From Basidiobolus meristosporus CBS 931.73 (lineage: Eukaryota; Fungi; Basidiobolomycota), in the NCBI GenBank assembly GCA_002104905.1, contig MCFE01000269.1, positions 43,096 through 107,095 of the forward strand: 64,000 bases of DNA, given 5' to 3'. How positions within the stretch are numbered: position 1 is the first letter of the stretch; every line of letters begins with the position of its first letter. Of this stretch, positions 14,469 through 28,740 are shown piece after piece. The translations under genes were made by a program, and so were the position numbers. The notes below the pieces were generated by a model. It was not told where the DNA came from and did no database searches. It saw nothing but the letters and a program-made list of their open reading frames with translations.

Positions 14469-16172
14469 ATGGCCAAACCAGCTCGTTTACTCCAAAGTGA
14501 GGCCCCTGCTGAACCAGATTCTCCGGAAGAAAATGCCCCGCGCTCCTTCGGAAAAGGAAGATTATACACCTCCCACTTTCTGAAGTATGCATTTTGTATT
14601 TAGTCTTCCACGAAGAGCCATATTCTGATGGGATCTTGCCTTGCTTTAGTGTATGGGGAGACAGACTATACGAATTCGCTAGTTTTCTGTTCATTATGGA
14701 GGTCTTTCAAGACACCTTGCTTCCTTCCTCTTTGTTCGGCTTTCTTATGACTTTCTCGGCAATTGTGGCCGGCGGCGCTATTGGAAACTGGGTAGACAGG
14801 AGCGACCGACTAAAAGGTATGTATCCCCTAAAGACTGGTATCCTTCCAACTTTCAGTAACGCAAGCCTTAAGTTGTAAGAACGTCCATCATCTTACAGAA
14901 GTTTTCCATTGCCCTGAGCTCGATCTGCTTTTATCTGCTATTTACCACTTTCGGCCCGAGATCCTCCGACAACCACACTATATACTTTGCCTATGCCCTC
15001 TTTGGGGTGATATTGGTTCTAGGCATGGTGCTGAAGGTGATGCTAATGGCCACAAATATCGCCGTCGAGAAAGACTGGGTAGTGATCATCGCGAACAAAG
15101 ACGAGGAGTTGTTAACTCGTAAGTTTACTAAATGGAGTGTGATCCAAAAGAAAAGCGACCTTTCTAATAACCTTTCGTAGAACTGAACACCTCAATGCGG
15201 AGAATCGATCTGATTTGTAAGCTCGTCGCGCCTTTGTTGGTTGCCTGTTTAACCGCCGTTGGCACCACGATATTCGCCGTGATATTTATCGGTGTTTGGA
15301 ATGTCATTTCCATGGTGCTCGAATATGTTCTGATCTACAAAGTATACCAGTTGGTACCGGAGTTATCCGTGCCCAAAGGAGCCAGAGTGGAGAGCACAGA
15401 GGACGAGGCTCTGGTAGACTCCGATGTCTCTAAGCCAACCTATGGCACAGTTCCGGCCAAGCCCGTCGTGGCCGCTACCGTCGAGCAAACCAGCTACATT
15501 CGGCAACAAATCGACGATTGGGTGTTTTTCGCCAAACATCCGGTCTTTTTGGCCAGCTTGTCGGTCGCCATGTTGTATTTAACCGTTCTGTCATTCAACG
15601 GTATCATGGTTTCCTTCTTGAAGTGGCAAGGGTACTCGGATTCGTTGATTGCTGCCATGAGAGCCATGTCCGCATTTACCGGTGTACTGGCCACATATCT
15701 GATGCCGATTCTGGCCAGACACATCGGTATCGTCCGGACGGGGACCTGGTCGATATGGTCACAGGTGATTACCTTGATCCCAGTTGTGGCGGCATTCCTT
15801 GGCCCCCCTACACTTCTCGCCAAGGTGATGCTCTTCGGAGGCATGGCTCTATCTAGGATAGGGCTCTGGTCGTTTGATTTGTCCCAAGTCCATATCGTCC
15901 AGAGCCAAGTTGCAAACGAAGACGCTGGTCGGATCAACGGGCTCCAACATAGCCTCTGCAACGTGTTTGACCTTGCCCAATTTGGCCTGACCATCATCTT
16001 TTACAATCCCGAGGATTTCATCATACCTGTGACGACCTCGTTTGTCATGGTCTTGCTTGCAGCATGCACCTTCTCGTATTATACCCACCGTCAGAGAGGG
16101 CATCTGTTTCATTTTGAGAAGCTTCCTTCATTCGGTATTACACCGTGTGTTCATTCCAACCATCTGGTATAA
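14469..16172 (+). CDS. FPN1: Ferroportin (SLC40A1/IREG) family iron exporter, multi-exon
   Basis: RLYTSHFL...WGDRLYEFA; GAIGNWVDR; NIAVEKDWVVII; MRRIDLICKLVAP; LYLTVLSFNGIM; SRIGLWSFDLSQVHIVQ. Confidence 0.9.
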
Positions 16173-16239
16173 ATTTTTTCTGTATTCATTGATTACTGGT
16201 AATAAAGAATACATCAAAAGTGGCTGTTGAATCCATGGG

Positions 16240-19200
16240 TCATGTGGCTACTCTATGGTCTATGGCGAGTTGGTCAATTTTCAGTGACAGAACTTGCTTC
16301 TGGGAAACATGGGGGATACGCTCTATGGCTGAGCTCAGTTGATCCCGTTGCTCACGGGAGAACGTATGTCCTGGTAGACTGGAGGAGTCCTCCAGCAGTT
16401 GAGTGATCAGAATGAAAATGGGTTCACTCTGATGCTCTACAGGGATGCTCTCTAATCCTTGACATAGTAGAATCATGGTGGACAGCAGAAATGGGTAGTC
16501 TTGAAGAAACGGCTCGATCGCTCTCTGCAAAATCCATGCAAACAATCAGAGCGGGTTCGGTGGGGTTACCGTGTTCCAGCTTACCTTCAGGATGATCGAT
16601 ATGAAGTTGTAGCTGCTGAAAGCGATCTTCGGCGCCTGATCTCGAGTGGCTACGCGGTGGGCCCAGTATAGTATCTGCATATTCCAGGCTATAATGGCAA
16701 GCTCTGGAAGATCTGGCAATCGGGGGATTTTGGTGGTTCTCTCGGTCAGTTGAGTTCCGACAGAATTTAAGATCCCCTTACAAACCTTGTGCAGAAATGT
16801 CCTTGGTGACTGGGGCTATGGCCTGAAGCACCCTCTCCGGCTTTAAAAGCTGATTCTCAGTTAAATGCTTCGGGAGAAGGTAACACAACCGTTGATGCTC
16901 ATCAAGAGTACTATCTGATAGTGTGTAAACCATGGCGAGAAGTAAGGATCTTTCGAATACATTCAGGCCCACCATGATTAGGTCTGGATTGATGTGCTAC
17001 ATAGCTTCGGTTAGCGTACGACGAAACAACAAGGGAAATTGTTGTAAGACATACTCGAGCAAAGTAAAGAAGCCACTCGTCAGAAATTCTGCACGCCTCC
17101 AGTATCCCAAACAAAAGAAGTAGGTGATCTTTGTAGCAGAAAGGGCTCGTCGGAGTTTGGGTGTTGTCCGGTGAGGTGTATTCGAAGAACCTAAACTGGT
17201 CCAAAGGTGGGTCCCCTTTGAATAATGCTTGGAAGTTCGAAGGAAGTGGCAGAGGGACAAGAGTCACATAATTGCGCAGATCCAGCGCTTGGAAAAATCG
17301 GTGCACAAAAAGTTGCGTGGTCCAATCTAGAATAAGGGGGGGGGCGGTTAGCAACGTTGAGTAGCCAGTGCCGGTGACTCTTTACCTAGCTTGGATGCCA
17401 GCCTATAGAGTTTCCGTAGATTCGACCCTATTGGAGACCGGAATAAATCTACGTGAAGCAGAAAAGAAATACATATCCAAAAATACCATAACCGGAGACC
17501 GTGCTGTAGAGTTCATCAATGTGGCGTAGAATTAGATCGAACATAGCGTTCAGTGACCGTTTGATGTTCTGGATATCGTGAACGCGGGAATCACGCGAGC
17601 GAGAGCTTAGCTGTTGACACATGGCTGAAACAAGCGATAAGGATTTCGTTCTTGATAACCACCGGATTGTGTTGACATCGTTGCTTCGAAGCTCCAGCAC
17701 CTTGGCAATCGTCTCTAAATGAATGTGTAGCAGTGGGCTTGTATTGGCTACATTCGCTAGCACGGGGGTGGCACAATATGACAGATACTCCGCAATGTCT
17801 AGTATGCGGCCTGATGGGTGGGTCTAATAGTTCCAAGTATTAGACAGAGAATTGCCGACTGCTGGTTGCAAGCACCAACCTCAAGAGCCTCTATTAAAAA
17901 CGAGATGGCGTTCCGTTGTTCGTTTTCGGTTAATTGGCTCGCCTCGGATTCCTGGAGTATGGTCTGTATCTCCGCAACCAACAGAGATGGATCTTTCGGA
18001 CTCGCCCGCAATTCCGCAAGCCCTTGAAGACTACGAAATATCGAAGAAACGAGCTTCGTGTAGCCCTTGTTTTTGATCACAACCCGTAGTAGCTTCGAGA
18101 AGAGAAGTCGAGGTGAAAAGAAGCTATACTTTATAGGGATAAGACAGGGTGTTGTCACATTGGTAAACTTGTTATCGCTTACATCAAGTAGAGTATCAAT
18201 GAAGCACTCGTCTATGGAATGCGCGACTGCAGTATCACTCGAAGTGATTTGGTTAAAAGTGGTGGTCAATTCTTCATTGAGCATCCGCAAGCCCGAGGAT
18301 TCTTGCGTGTTGACATTGTCTATTGACCAGGGCGCTCTAAGAGAGTGTGAATAGGGATTCAGTAGAAGGGGTGTATAAGCAAATACCTTTGCTGGAAAGC
18401 GTATCTAACAAATACACTCTTACGTTCTATTGGGAGACGTTTTAAAATCTCCAAGAAGGAAAAGAAATGTTGCTGTCAAGCAAACGGGTTAGTGTTATAT
18501 CTAAGTAAATAGTTGAGGAATTTCTACCTCATAATACGTTTGCATGGTGTCCTTGTTTTCCAGAGCTAGACGCCAGAATCTCGTATATGCATGGCCCAGT
18601 AGCCCCGATGAATAGATTTCATGGAAACAGCTGGGAGAGTACGGAGTAAGATGGTTGTCTAAGTAAGCCAGCTGGACAACTTACTAGTTATCTGGTCTTC
18701 TATAATACCATTCGTCAACCATGCTTTTAAGTAACAAGTAATGTTGCATGCCCTTGTTTCTGATGATCTTACGCATCATACTTTCCTCTGCGTGGGGATA
18801 TGCATCGCAATGCGTCAGTCGATGATGGGCGTCGGCCTTTTGCATCGACATAACCAGAGAATCAATATGCTCGGGGGAAGTAAACAGGGAGATCAATCCG
18901 TGCTTCGATGTTGACGGGCTTGCGTTATGAGGATTTTCGGTATCCGACTTTAAAGAATCCTGGTCCTTTCTTAGTCTTGATAGAGCCGTCTGTTAACATC
19001 AAGTGGATACTTCGAAATCGATTTTGAATTACCTGTCGTTCAATATGCTGTCTAGCTTTCGCTAAACGGGTGTACGTTCTGTTAGTATACAAGCAATCGT
19101 GCCAGGCACTCAGATGGTCGAATGCACATCGACTTACACGTTTAACGGGTTGTGGTGTAGCGTCGTACTGCCTGATCAACATATTGATTTGATGGCGGCA

Positions 19201-20158
19201 TTCCCAGTCTGATATAGAGGCTTTGTGAATATATCGCCTAGGAAACGTTTACGGGGCACTAACCATACTCTTCACTTGCTTTGCTCACGTAGCGCAGTGC
19301 ACTAAGAAGTCTCTGACCTGGCTGGTGAGATTCAGGGGTCATGGGTAGAAGGGACGTGATAAACGGCAACATCTCCCTAATCAATAGGCCGAGGAAACTA
19401 CGCTGGCAGCCTGGAGTCCTACAGGGGCAGCAATCCATTTCACTGAAAAGGAATAGTTAGCCATATGCCATGCCCATATACAACATCAGGGCCCTGAATA
19501 CCTAAACGAAATGGCGATTCTTTGCAGAATTCTGTCACGAGAGAGAGTGTGTACCTTGGCATCCTTGATATGCTTTGGATATTTCACATCAGGAATCACG
19601 CTAGCATACGAGTGAAAGTTAACTTTGGAACTCCATTCCAAAGTCTCACCCTTGCGGCTGCTAAGATTCTCGGCGCTAGTGCACCTGAGTTGTTTAATAA
19701 AGCTTGCCAGGGTATCCAGTATCGATTGAACTACATGCTTCGCTTATGAAAAGGCCAATCCCTCTGTTAGAGTGTGAAAGGTGGGGATCCCAGGTTGGAA
19801 GGTGCTCACCTGCGAAAGCTACAACCAGCGCTCTCAAAGACTCGATCATTGACTCGATTTTCAAGCTGTCATGCTTTTTCCACACCATGGACATAATTTG
19901 CCGGGCTTGAAGATCCACCAGCTTTGGGGTCCACTCAGGCCGTTGCTTCGCTAGCTGCTTCCCTATGTCGAATGCAGCCTTGGCAGGTTATAGCAAAGCT
20001 GAGAACGAAAGAGCAGTCGGGGGAATTACCTCGGTTGGGAGTTGCGAAAGGGTTTGCCATAGGTCTAGCTCCCTGCCCTGCTCTTCGACAAAGCCAATGA
20101 AATCCCGCGCGGAGGAATCTACGACGGGAATCCGGTGAGTACTTGCTGCGTCCGCCAT
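16240..20158 (-). CDS. Large uncharacterised multi-exon protein, predicted alpha-helical
   Basis: A chain of minus-strand ORFs with protein-like Leu-rich composition, separated by GT-AG introns; putative start MADAASTHRIPVV; no family recognised. Confidence 0.6.
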
Positions 20159-20464
20159 ACAAACCACCACCAACCTTGATCTCGTCTCCAATCCAAATAG
20201 AACTGCCCGAAAAGTCGGTTTCTCAGGTCGGTTGACATGAGGTTAAGGCGTTCGTAGATACTGGGCCAACGGAAATTTTCTCGAAGTTCAACTGCGTTGT
20301 GGTGACAAAATTAAACAAAATACTACGCGGTTGCTTACGGACTGCTTTTATTAGATGTTGATTGATCAATTGACGAGCATCGAAATTCCACTTAGGATAC
20401 AAGGCTGCTAGTTGGATTGGAATCAATTTCGAGGCTTTTTGAGGTAGAGTTCAGACTCGTCGTC

Positions 20465-23400
20465 ATGTCGTATTATCGTACAGGTTTTCAGCAGCAGCAG
20501 GCTGCAAATGTCCAGGACGATAACATTGAAGAGAGCATCAGGAGGGTAGAAGGTATGAGAGAGGCAGTGTACATTCCACTCATCTTCAAGTCCAACCTTT
20601 AATTTCCCGCCAAGATGTACTTAGTGAGGTTCAGCTCGAGTGGCGGTACTTGACATCCGAAGATGTATGTTCATGAGCTTCAGCGATTTAAAGGGCACTC
20701 TGTCTAATCCCCCGCAGTTCAATCCTGTCATATTGGCGTTGAGCCTGTTAGACAAAAGTTCCTTAGGAAAGGACATCAATGCATTTAAAGCTTTGCTGCT
20801 CAAACTGGAGACAGCTATGGACGCCGTAGTTAATGGCAAGTGAAATCCGACTTACCCGCTTACCCAAAAGCCTAACACTGTATCCTGCCGCTAGATTATT
20901 ATCAAGGATTCAATAATTCCACCACAACCTATAGCGCAGTGAAAGAAAAGATTAAAGGTATTGTGTGGCGGTGGTTTACTTGCTGAGCCGTTGGTAACCT
21001 ACTGACTCTGAATAGAAACGCAGATTCATGTGAAGAAGATGAAGAACACCATTCAACAATGCAAGGAATTACTTCACGTGCAGCGCTCAGACCTGGAGAA
21101 GCTATGGGCACGTAGCAACACCTACAAAGAGATGATACGGATACTCGATGTTGTGTAAGAACGATCCATAACCACCCTTCGACGCAGCCTTCATGATAAC
21201 GAATACGGTTGGATGGATGTAGGGAAGATCTGAGGAAAGTCCCGGACGAGATCGAGGAGTTGATCCAACATAAGCATTACTACACTGCGACCACCCGACT
21301 TCTGAAGTCCCTCGAGATTGCCAATGAAGAAGACTTGCTCAAAATCAACGCCCTGGAGGATCTAAGACAGTATCTTCAGAATATGAAAAACGTAAGCCCC
21401 ATCTTACTCACGTTCACTGGGATCCCAAGATTCACGCATCGTTCGAATAGACTTTGCACGAAGTCTTGACAGAGGAGCTCCACAAACACATCTACTTGAA
21501 GAGCTCGCAAAATCAGGTCAAGCCCATCAATGGAGGTAGCCTATTTTATGAATCCCCTGATGTTTGCTGCTCAACTAACCTGTCTTATGTCTGAAGTGTA
21601 AGCATTGCCAGTACTTCTTTCATCGAGCGTTGTAGTCACCTTTTTGCTCCAGCGTTGACACCGTGAAGCTACCCAACAAGCAGCGTGAACAGAATGGCAT
21701 CAACAAGGAGGAGAGTGAGCAAACCGACGAGTATCATGTAAAGTAGCCTTTTCCAACTTGCCCCAGAAAGACTGTTCACTTATTTCACGGCTCACTAGGC
21801 GGTGGACGACGTACGTGTCGACCCAGAAACAGACTCGCTCAGCTACACCGAAACCTTGCTCGAGACGCTGTACGTATTAGGAAAACTCCCAAGTGCACTA
21901 GAGGTTGGCAGAGATAAAAATCACGTTGGAATGGCCCGGGGTTAATTAGCATGATTTGTAGTCAATCCAGCAACGCGTCCCCATTGAGCTGTATCAGCTG
22001 GTGGATCGGATCGTCGAGGAGGTGGACAGCAGGTAGCGTCTCAAAATCATGCCACCAATCGCTCCACCTTACCAACCGTAATCATGGGTTTTCAGAGCCA
22101 AGAGAGAGATGTCGCTCTTCAACCCTGAGAAAAGATACACGTTGCTCGCTAGCGGTGGCCTTCAAGCTATCCAGCAAGCAGAAAACGAGATGTCTAACGA
22201 GATCTTGCGCGATTTCACCACAACCCTCTATTCGAAACTCGAAACCATGCTGGAGCATCATAAGTTTGTGTTGGATGTTTCGACCAAGATCCAGAAGGTA
22301 AGTTGCTTCAACAGCCCGGTCTCGCCTACTCAACGTAACCTTTTCACCCTTCCCTTCAGAGGAACAAAGCCACCGAAGGTTAGTTATCCTGCCTCTGGGC
22401 TTTTGGCTCTAGTCTAACTTCAGGCCATATCAGGAGAGCCAAATCCCTACACGTTTAAGGAAGTGTGGATGTCAGTTCAGAGCGAGGTACGGACTGAACT
22501 GATGGCTGCTCCAGTCAGCGCGACACTAATCTTTTTGCAGGTCAAGTCCATGCTGTATGACTATCTGATAGACACGCAGAAAGGCACATCCATCCACAAG
22601 TCCATCCCTTCCGTCCGAGATATGCTCAGGAATGGGACGCAAGTGCGTGACCGCAACAAGGTATTTCCTGGATGACCTCGATGGAATCAACCCACGTCTA
22701 ACGCACGCCGCCAGCAACTCTTCCAACTCGGAGAATCCGTGGCCAAAATCTCGGCCGCCACCCTATACGAGCACTTCGAGACCAACCTGTTGAAAAAGCT
22801 CAGCTCCACAGGGAGGGTGAACGCTGCGGACGGGACCGATTCAATTAGCTTTACTTCCATCATCAATGACAAGTTTGCCAACTCTGGGGTCGCTACTGGC
22901 CATCGTCTGCTGGTGAAGCCGGATGTTTACCACATATCTATAGTGATTAAGCCGACCCTAAGCTTCCTCAATCGACTCAAAGAGGTGCTTCCCACTGGGT
23001 AACGAAGGCCTCTATATCTCGTTGATCATTCATCACCCGCTGACGACGACTTTAGAATTAGCGAGGCTTCCGATTTCAACGAGTTCCTCGATGACTTCAT
23101 CGTGACGGTGTTTTTGCCTAGGATGCAAGAACGGGTGATGGAGAGCTTCTCGAACTTTGCAGATGGTACATCGAAAAGACTATATGACAAGAGCAAGCGT
23201 GGTTACTAACATGTCTTACAGTCAGCGATAGTTTCCATGTTGACCCGGACTTCCGAGACTATTCAGAGTATCCGCTGTTTAAAGTAGGTATGCCTCGGCG
23301 GGGATCTAGAATTCAACTCTAATCTCCTGGACTCTAGAGCGCCACTACGCTGGTTTCAACCGTCGACAGTCTTTGCGAGGTGCTCCACGATATGCCTCTT

Positions 23401-25003
23401 CATCAGAAGGAATACATCACGGTGATTGAGGGGTTGCTCAAGAAGTACCGAGAGAAATGCTTCACCCGATTCAAAGGTAAACTCAGTTGCGATATTCCCA
23501 ACTAAAGCCACATTAACACCCCATTGCATAGCTACTGTTACAAATGGTTCAAACCATATCGATGAGGCCGATCGCTCAGTCCTTCTCAGTGCAATGTGGG
23601 CCGAGAACGAGGAGATCGTGTCGCTCCTTAAGCAAAGCCGCACGCTAAACAAATCAAAGGTACTACCCGTCGCAAACTCACCCCCTTACTGTCGGTATTC
23701 ATCACGCACTTGATCCAGGATCAGGAATCCCCAGTCGACGAGAACCTCCTTCTCCAGGTAAACGCGTCTCGTAAGCACCATCCCATGACAAGACCGCTTA
23801 CATGATTACTCACAGGAAATCACCCTGGAAACCAAACTCAAAAAAGAAAGATCTCTGCATCCGAGCGAGCTGGTTGTCGATAGCAAGAAGCTCAAGTTTT
23901 TGGCGACCCTGCATCACACTTTGGTAATACGGATCTCGTTTCGGAACTTTCTTTTGGCCCAATCTTTCTGACTCCGTTCTTTGGTGTGGCACAGATGTGG
24001 CTGGTGAGCAAAATCCGCACGTTGAAAGACCAGAATCATGCCGCATGTATACCGCTTGAAGAATCAATTGATGTATGTTTGTGACTTCTAACGGAGATTA
24101 CCTGACCTAACCAGATATTTCAATAGAGCGTCCCGAGGAAATCCCCCCTCGCCGACGAGCCATTCAGGTAAGTGCGCCTACCAATCCTCTTACCTTCTCA
24201 CGCCATTCAACAATCCACTGCTCAGGAATTTCGACTCTATTCTGGCTGAATTCCAGCAACTGGCCGACACCTGCTTGTTCATGCTACATATCGAATTCCG
24301 TTGCCAATCCATGTACTATCTAGACCTTGCCACCAGAGAGGTTGGTTTGCACCTTATCCATCCCCCAGGATCTCCTCCCTAAACTTCTCTCAGGGAAATT
24401 ATTATTTAACCGAGGCTGCACAAGAGCCAGACTCGTACATAGTTACGCTAAACACCACATTGGTCAACTTTGAGGAGTGCATGACCGAAACGCTGCCTGT
24501 GAACGAGCTCAGGTAACCCACCCTCCCCTACGCCTTACCAGACCAAATATCACTCGCTTACCCCACCGCCTTCTAGCTTTGTATTCAGCGGATTGTCGTA
24601 CCTGATGAGCCACGTGCTGATCACCAACATCAGATATATCAAGCAAATGAATCCAGCCGGAATCAGCAAGATGGTGCGAAACATTCTAGCCCTGAAGCAG
24701 AATCTGGCCAACATCGCGGTGCCCCAACTGCACGGAAACGGTTTGGATGAGGCCAAGACATACTACTCATTGGTCGCGCTCTCACCTCAGGTTTGTGGTC
24801 TTGCCTACGCGAGGATTAATTGCTTGACTCATCCGGATTCCCCCTTCGTTTAGGAGCTTGTGCAGTACGCTGGTGAACACATCAATTCCTTCACATTTGA
24901 GCAGTACAAGTATCTATTGAGCTTGATCCAAGAGAGCACCGAGGAGACCTCGGATACTCGAAACTACGTGCGTGAGCTGTATGATTGTACCCTCTCCAAA
25001 TGA
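20465..25003 (+). CDS. SEC8: Exocyst subunit Sec8/EXOC4, multi-exon
   Basis: FNPVILALSLLDKSSLG; YYQGFNNS; LRKVPDEIEELIQHKHYY...ALEDLR; VWMSVQSEV; HRLLVKPDVYHI; ITNIRYIKQMNPAGISKMVRNILALKQNL. Confidence 0.92.
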
Positions 25004-25068
25004 GCCATCCATTTTATTTGAGGCAAAGGGGAAATAAACGATTTTTGGGATATGGTTGAGCATGTGGT

Positions 25069-28000
25069 TTAGTCTAGTATTGAGAGCATCACCGTCGCCG
25101 ACACGAATTGGAATGCGAGCCACATCACTTCGTACAGATAGCGGGGTGAAAACACGGTCCATATGAATAGATGGGTTCGCAGAATGGTCACCGCTAGTGA
25201 GAGTGCGAACGAAGAAACCAGTTGGAAAGCACAGTGCGAGAAGAGTATCACCAAAACACTAGAGTGCTTGATGCTTCTATTGGTCTCCTGGCTCTTACCA
25301 ATGTCCATTCGATAACGAACCCCATCCAACGCGACAAAGATTCCGGCCATGCACCACCACAGTGGCCCAGCACAGGTGCTCAAAAATGTTAATAGCCCTA
25401 CTAGCACCATATTGTAGCTCTCCAAGCCGACATAAGAATTGCTCAGGTCCACTGAAGCAAGCGAATTCGAGTTTCCTAGCGCAAAGAAGGCCATCCGCCC
25501 TAAGGCCAACAGCACTAGGCCGTCCATCCAGAAATTTTCGAGGCCAACATTTCGGCTATACTTCGCTCTCCAGCAACGATACAGTGACAGCTGGAGGTAA
25601 AAGAGGAGATAGAGTGGCGCATTATGAGAGCGTGATAGCAGGATGAGCAGCAAAGACCAAGTAATCTGTATCATACGGGGATAAAACACTACGTCGATTT
25701 CACGTTAGTACTTCCACTTGAGTGGGTGATGGGCAAAAGATGATGTACCACGCGTAGAGTTTAGCAGCAAGGAAACTGGCCTTAGACGATAGAGCACACA
25801 CGAAACAAGAGTGATCAGCAATACTAGGAAGTATGCTATCCGCGCTAGGGAATTGGGACCCATGTCGGGTAGAAACGGGCTTATCTCTTTCAGTATAGTT
25901 GAGCATATTTCGGAGCTCTCGTTGACCCGGAGTTTGTACAAACCAACCGTAAGTGAGATGACCGAGATACTTATCAGGATGCATACTCGTACGCAGGAGT
26001 TGATAAAGCCAGCCTGAGGATCTTTCGTTCGCGAATAACGGGTCAAGACAAATTCCCGAATCGCCAGGATATTAAATGTAAGCAGTGTAGCTCCGAAGAG
26101 CGCCCACGATACCCCTTCGTAGTCCCTCGTCAGGTGATACCTCAGATCAATGTTTGCCGCGTACTTCTGACCTGGATTCGCAAAAAACGCCATTAGGAGT
26201 CGAGCGAGTGGTGGACGAACAATCTACCTCTACCCTACCAGTCTGATTCCAGAATCGAATCACCCGAATCAAGGCCATCTGGCACAGGGACAAGACCGGC
26301 AACATCTTCATGTTTGCCGTTGTGGAGCCGCTTGTAGCCAAGGCAAATAGGCTGATGCATTATATCAGTGCTTGGTTCGGAAAGATGCGACAACATTTGT
26401 TACCTTTTCAGCATTTGAAGAAGCCATATGGAGTTCAGCATGAAGTACCAAAACTGATGCTCCTCCTCCACAAAACTACTCGCGAACATGGTGGCTGCGT
26501 AAGCCACTACCATGGCTAATAAGAAGGCCTTCTCCACTGGCCACCCGGACTCTGTGTGCAATTTCATAAAGTGAACCTTAAATAGAGATATCTGAGGAAA
26601 CTTGATCCCCCAGATTTGAATCCCCACCACGAGTATGATGGGAATTGCCATGAATCCAAGCCCTGCGCACATCGAAAACAGGTCGTAATTGCTGAATATG
26701 GAGGAGAGCGACGAAGTAGCTACGTTGAGGAACTAAAGAACACAATTACCAAGCTGACTCCAGCCACATACGATGTGCTAGATTACCTCGTAATATGCAT
26801 CCAATGCACGCTGCTGATCAGGCAAAGTGGTCGAACTTCGGTGCTGGATCGTTGCTCGAGAATACAAGCATTCCAAGCGAGATTGTACATCGCCGTCACA
26901 CACTCCTGGCAAGGCATCGTAGATTCTGAATGACGGCCAAACGGACTGAAGGATCTTCTGGACTTGTTGTGCATTGATTTGCAGTAAGCGAAGAAGTTCA
27001 AGCGCTGATGGACCAGAAGTGGTATTAACGGGCGAATGTGGATGCTAATATGACTGAGGCTTACCACTAGCATCGTTGAAGAGGTCCGGGATCATTTTCC
27101 CTAAGCTATTTTTGGGAATAGGAACACCAAACAACATAGCCAGCGTAGGCACAAGGTCAACTTGATTGATGCGACGGTAGAATTGGAACGGCTCAGTTTC
27201 TACAGCGCTCGCTTCATCGTGCTGAAAATTGAGCTGTGGGCTCATAAACGCCATGGCCTGTGGAAGAGAATTAATCCAGTGGTCTCAAGTAAGCAGCAAG
27301 GGGCCGTACCGCCGATGTCTCGCCTGCTGAAGAGCCGCCGTGATTTCCCATCTAGAATTGGTCAACTGAGTTCCCTGTTGAATGGCATAGTTGATGTGGA
27401 AATGTCTACCTCATTCATGCCGTGATCACCACACAACACAAACAGAGTGCGCGTTGAAAATTTGGCGTCCATGTCAACGATCCCGGTATATATTCTCTTG
27501 ACAACCTCATCCATCTCCTGTTGTTTGAGAGCCATCAAAGGACTAAGCAGCAAATGGAAATAAGATATCTGCTGCGAGAAACCAATCCAATGAGCGGAAA
27601 TACCTCTCAGGGCCACTGGAATGCCCTATATGGTCTAAACCCAGGTAATGTAGAATGAGCGTATCCCATTCCGCACTCTCTAATTCGGGCCCCACATGTC
27701 TAGTAACATTTACATCAACCTCAACCGTATCCTGCACATCTCACAGCGTTACGTACAGCGTCTTGGCAGATGTTATCAAATGGACAACTTACCGAAACAA
27801 AGAAAGATGATGTCCCTTCACTTCGAGCGAACATCCCAGGGAAAAGTCTAATCCATGTATCATCGCCGTAAAAATGGATCTTCTTGTTTCTGGACACCTT
27901 TAGTTGAGCTAGCCAACTGTCTTGATTGGAAAGCGAAGAGCTGTCCGATTCGGCAATGTTGAACACGGCATCCAAGAAATTTGGGACGGTTCCTGAATCT

Positions 28001-28537
28001 CAGGGCTAAGTATTTTCGGCCGAGTGCGGTGAAGTATTAGACGATGGAAAGAAGTACCAGTAGTCAGCGCTTTTAATCGTGGGAGCGTAACTGTGGGTGC
28101 AGTTGCTATGGCTGTATAAGGCAATGCTTTACCCGCTCTTATTAGCCTGATTGTGTGGTTAAGGGTCAGGAGGCTTTATTCAGTCGGATCACTTCTATTC
28201 CATGGACTTACTCTTGGGTAAACTTCATTTGAGAGGCTTCTGAAAAAACAAAGTCACTAGAGGATCATCAATACATGTTCAGTCAACCAAGAGTACTCAG
28301 CTTTTCTCACCTGCGCAACGCATCTACCACCATGAACACAAGCTTGTCAAATTTAGGTTCAGGTAATATACCCGTTTCTTGTTGCCCATTGACTGTGAAC
28401 AGTGGAGGTAGATCATGAAGCTCGGTAAATCCGGTTAGACTCGCTTTAAAAGGAAAGAAACCTTGAATGAAAAAATAGAACCCAGTTGCGAGGATCGCGT
28501 AAAGCGTCACAAAAAATGGGAGCTTTTGAAGTAGCAT
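25069..28537 (-). CDS. GPI7: GPI ethanolamine phosphate transferase 2 (PIG-G/Gpi7), multi-exon
   Basis: FDKLVFMVVDALR; APTVTLPRLKALTTGT; FYGDDTWIRLFP; LILHYLGLDHIGH; LCGDHGMNE; ASSFVEEEHQFWYF; FFALGNSNSLASVDLSNSYVG; HLFIWTVFSPRYLY. Confidence 0.9.
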
Positions 28538-28740
28538 GCTCCAACTGATTAAAGAGGCGCTTGCTTTCGAACCGATATTCTAGCATATCTCCGTCATTAA
28601 TAAATCGCATTCAGTAATTTGATCCCATCATAAACACATGTATTTATTGCTTTATTCATTTGGACGATTGAGGTGGTATTGGCTCTGACAAAGGAGAGTT
28701 TTATTTACGCAAAGTCGTTGTTGTATGCCCGCTCAAACAA

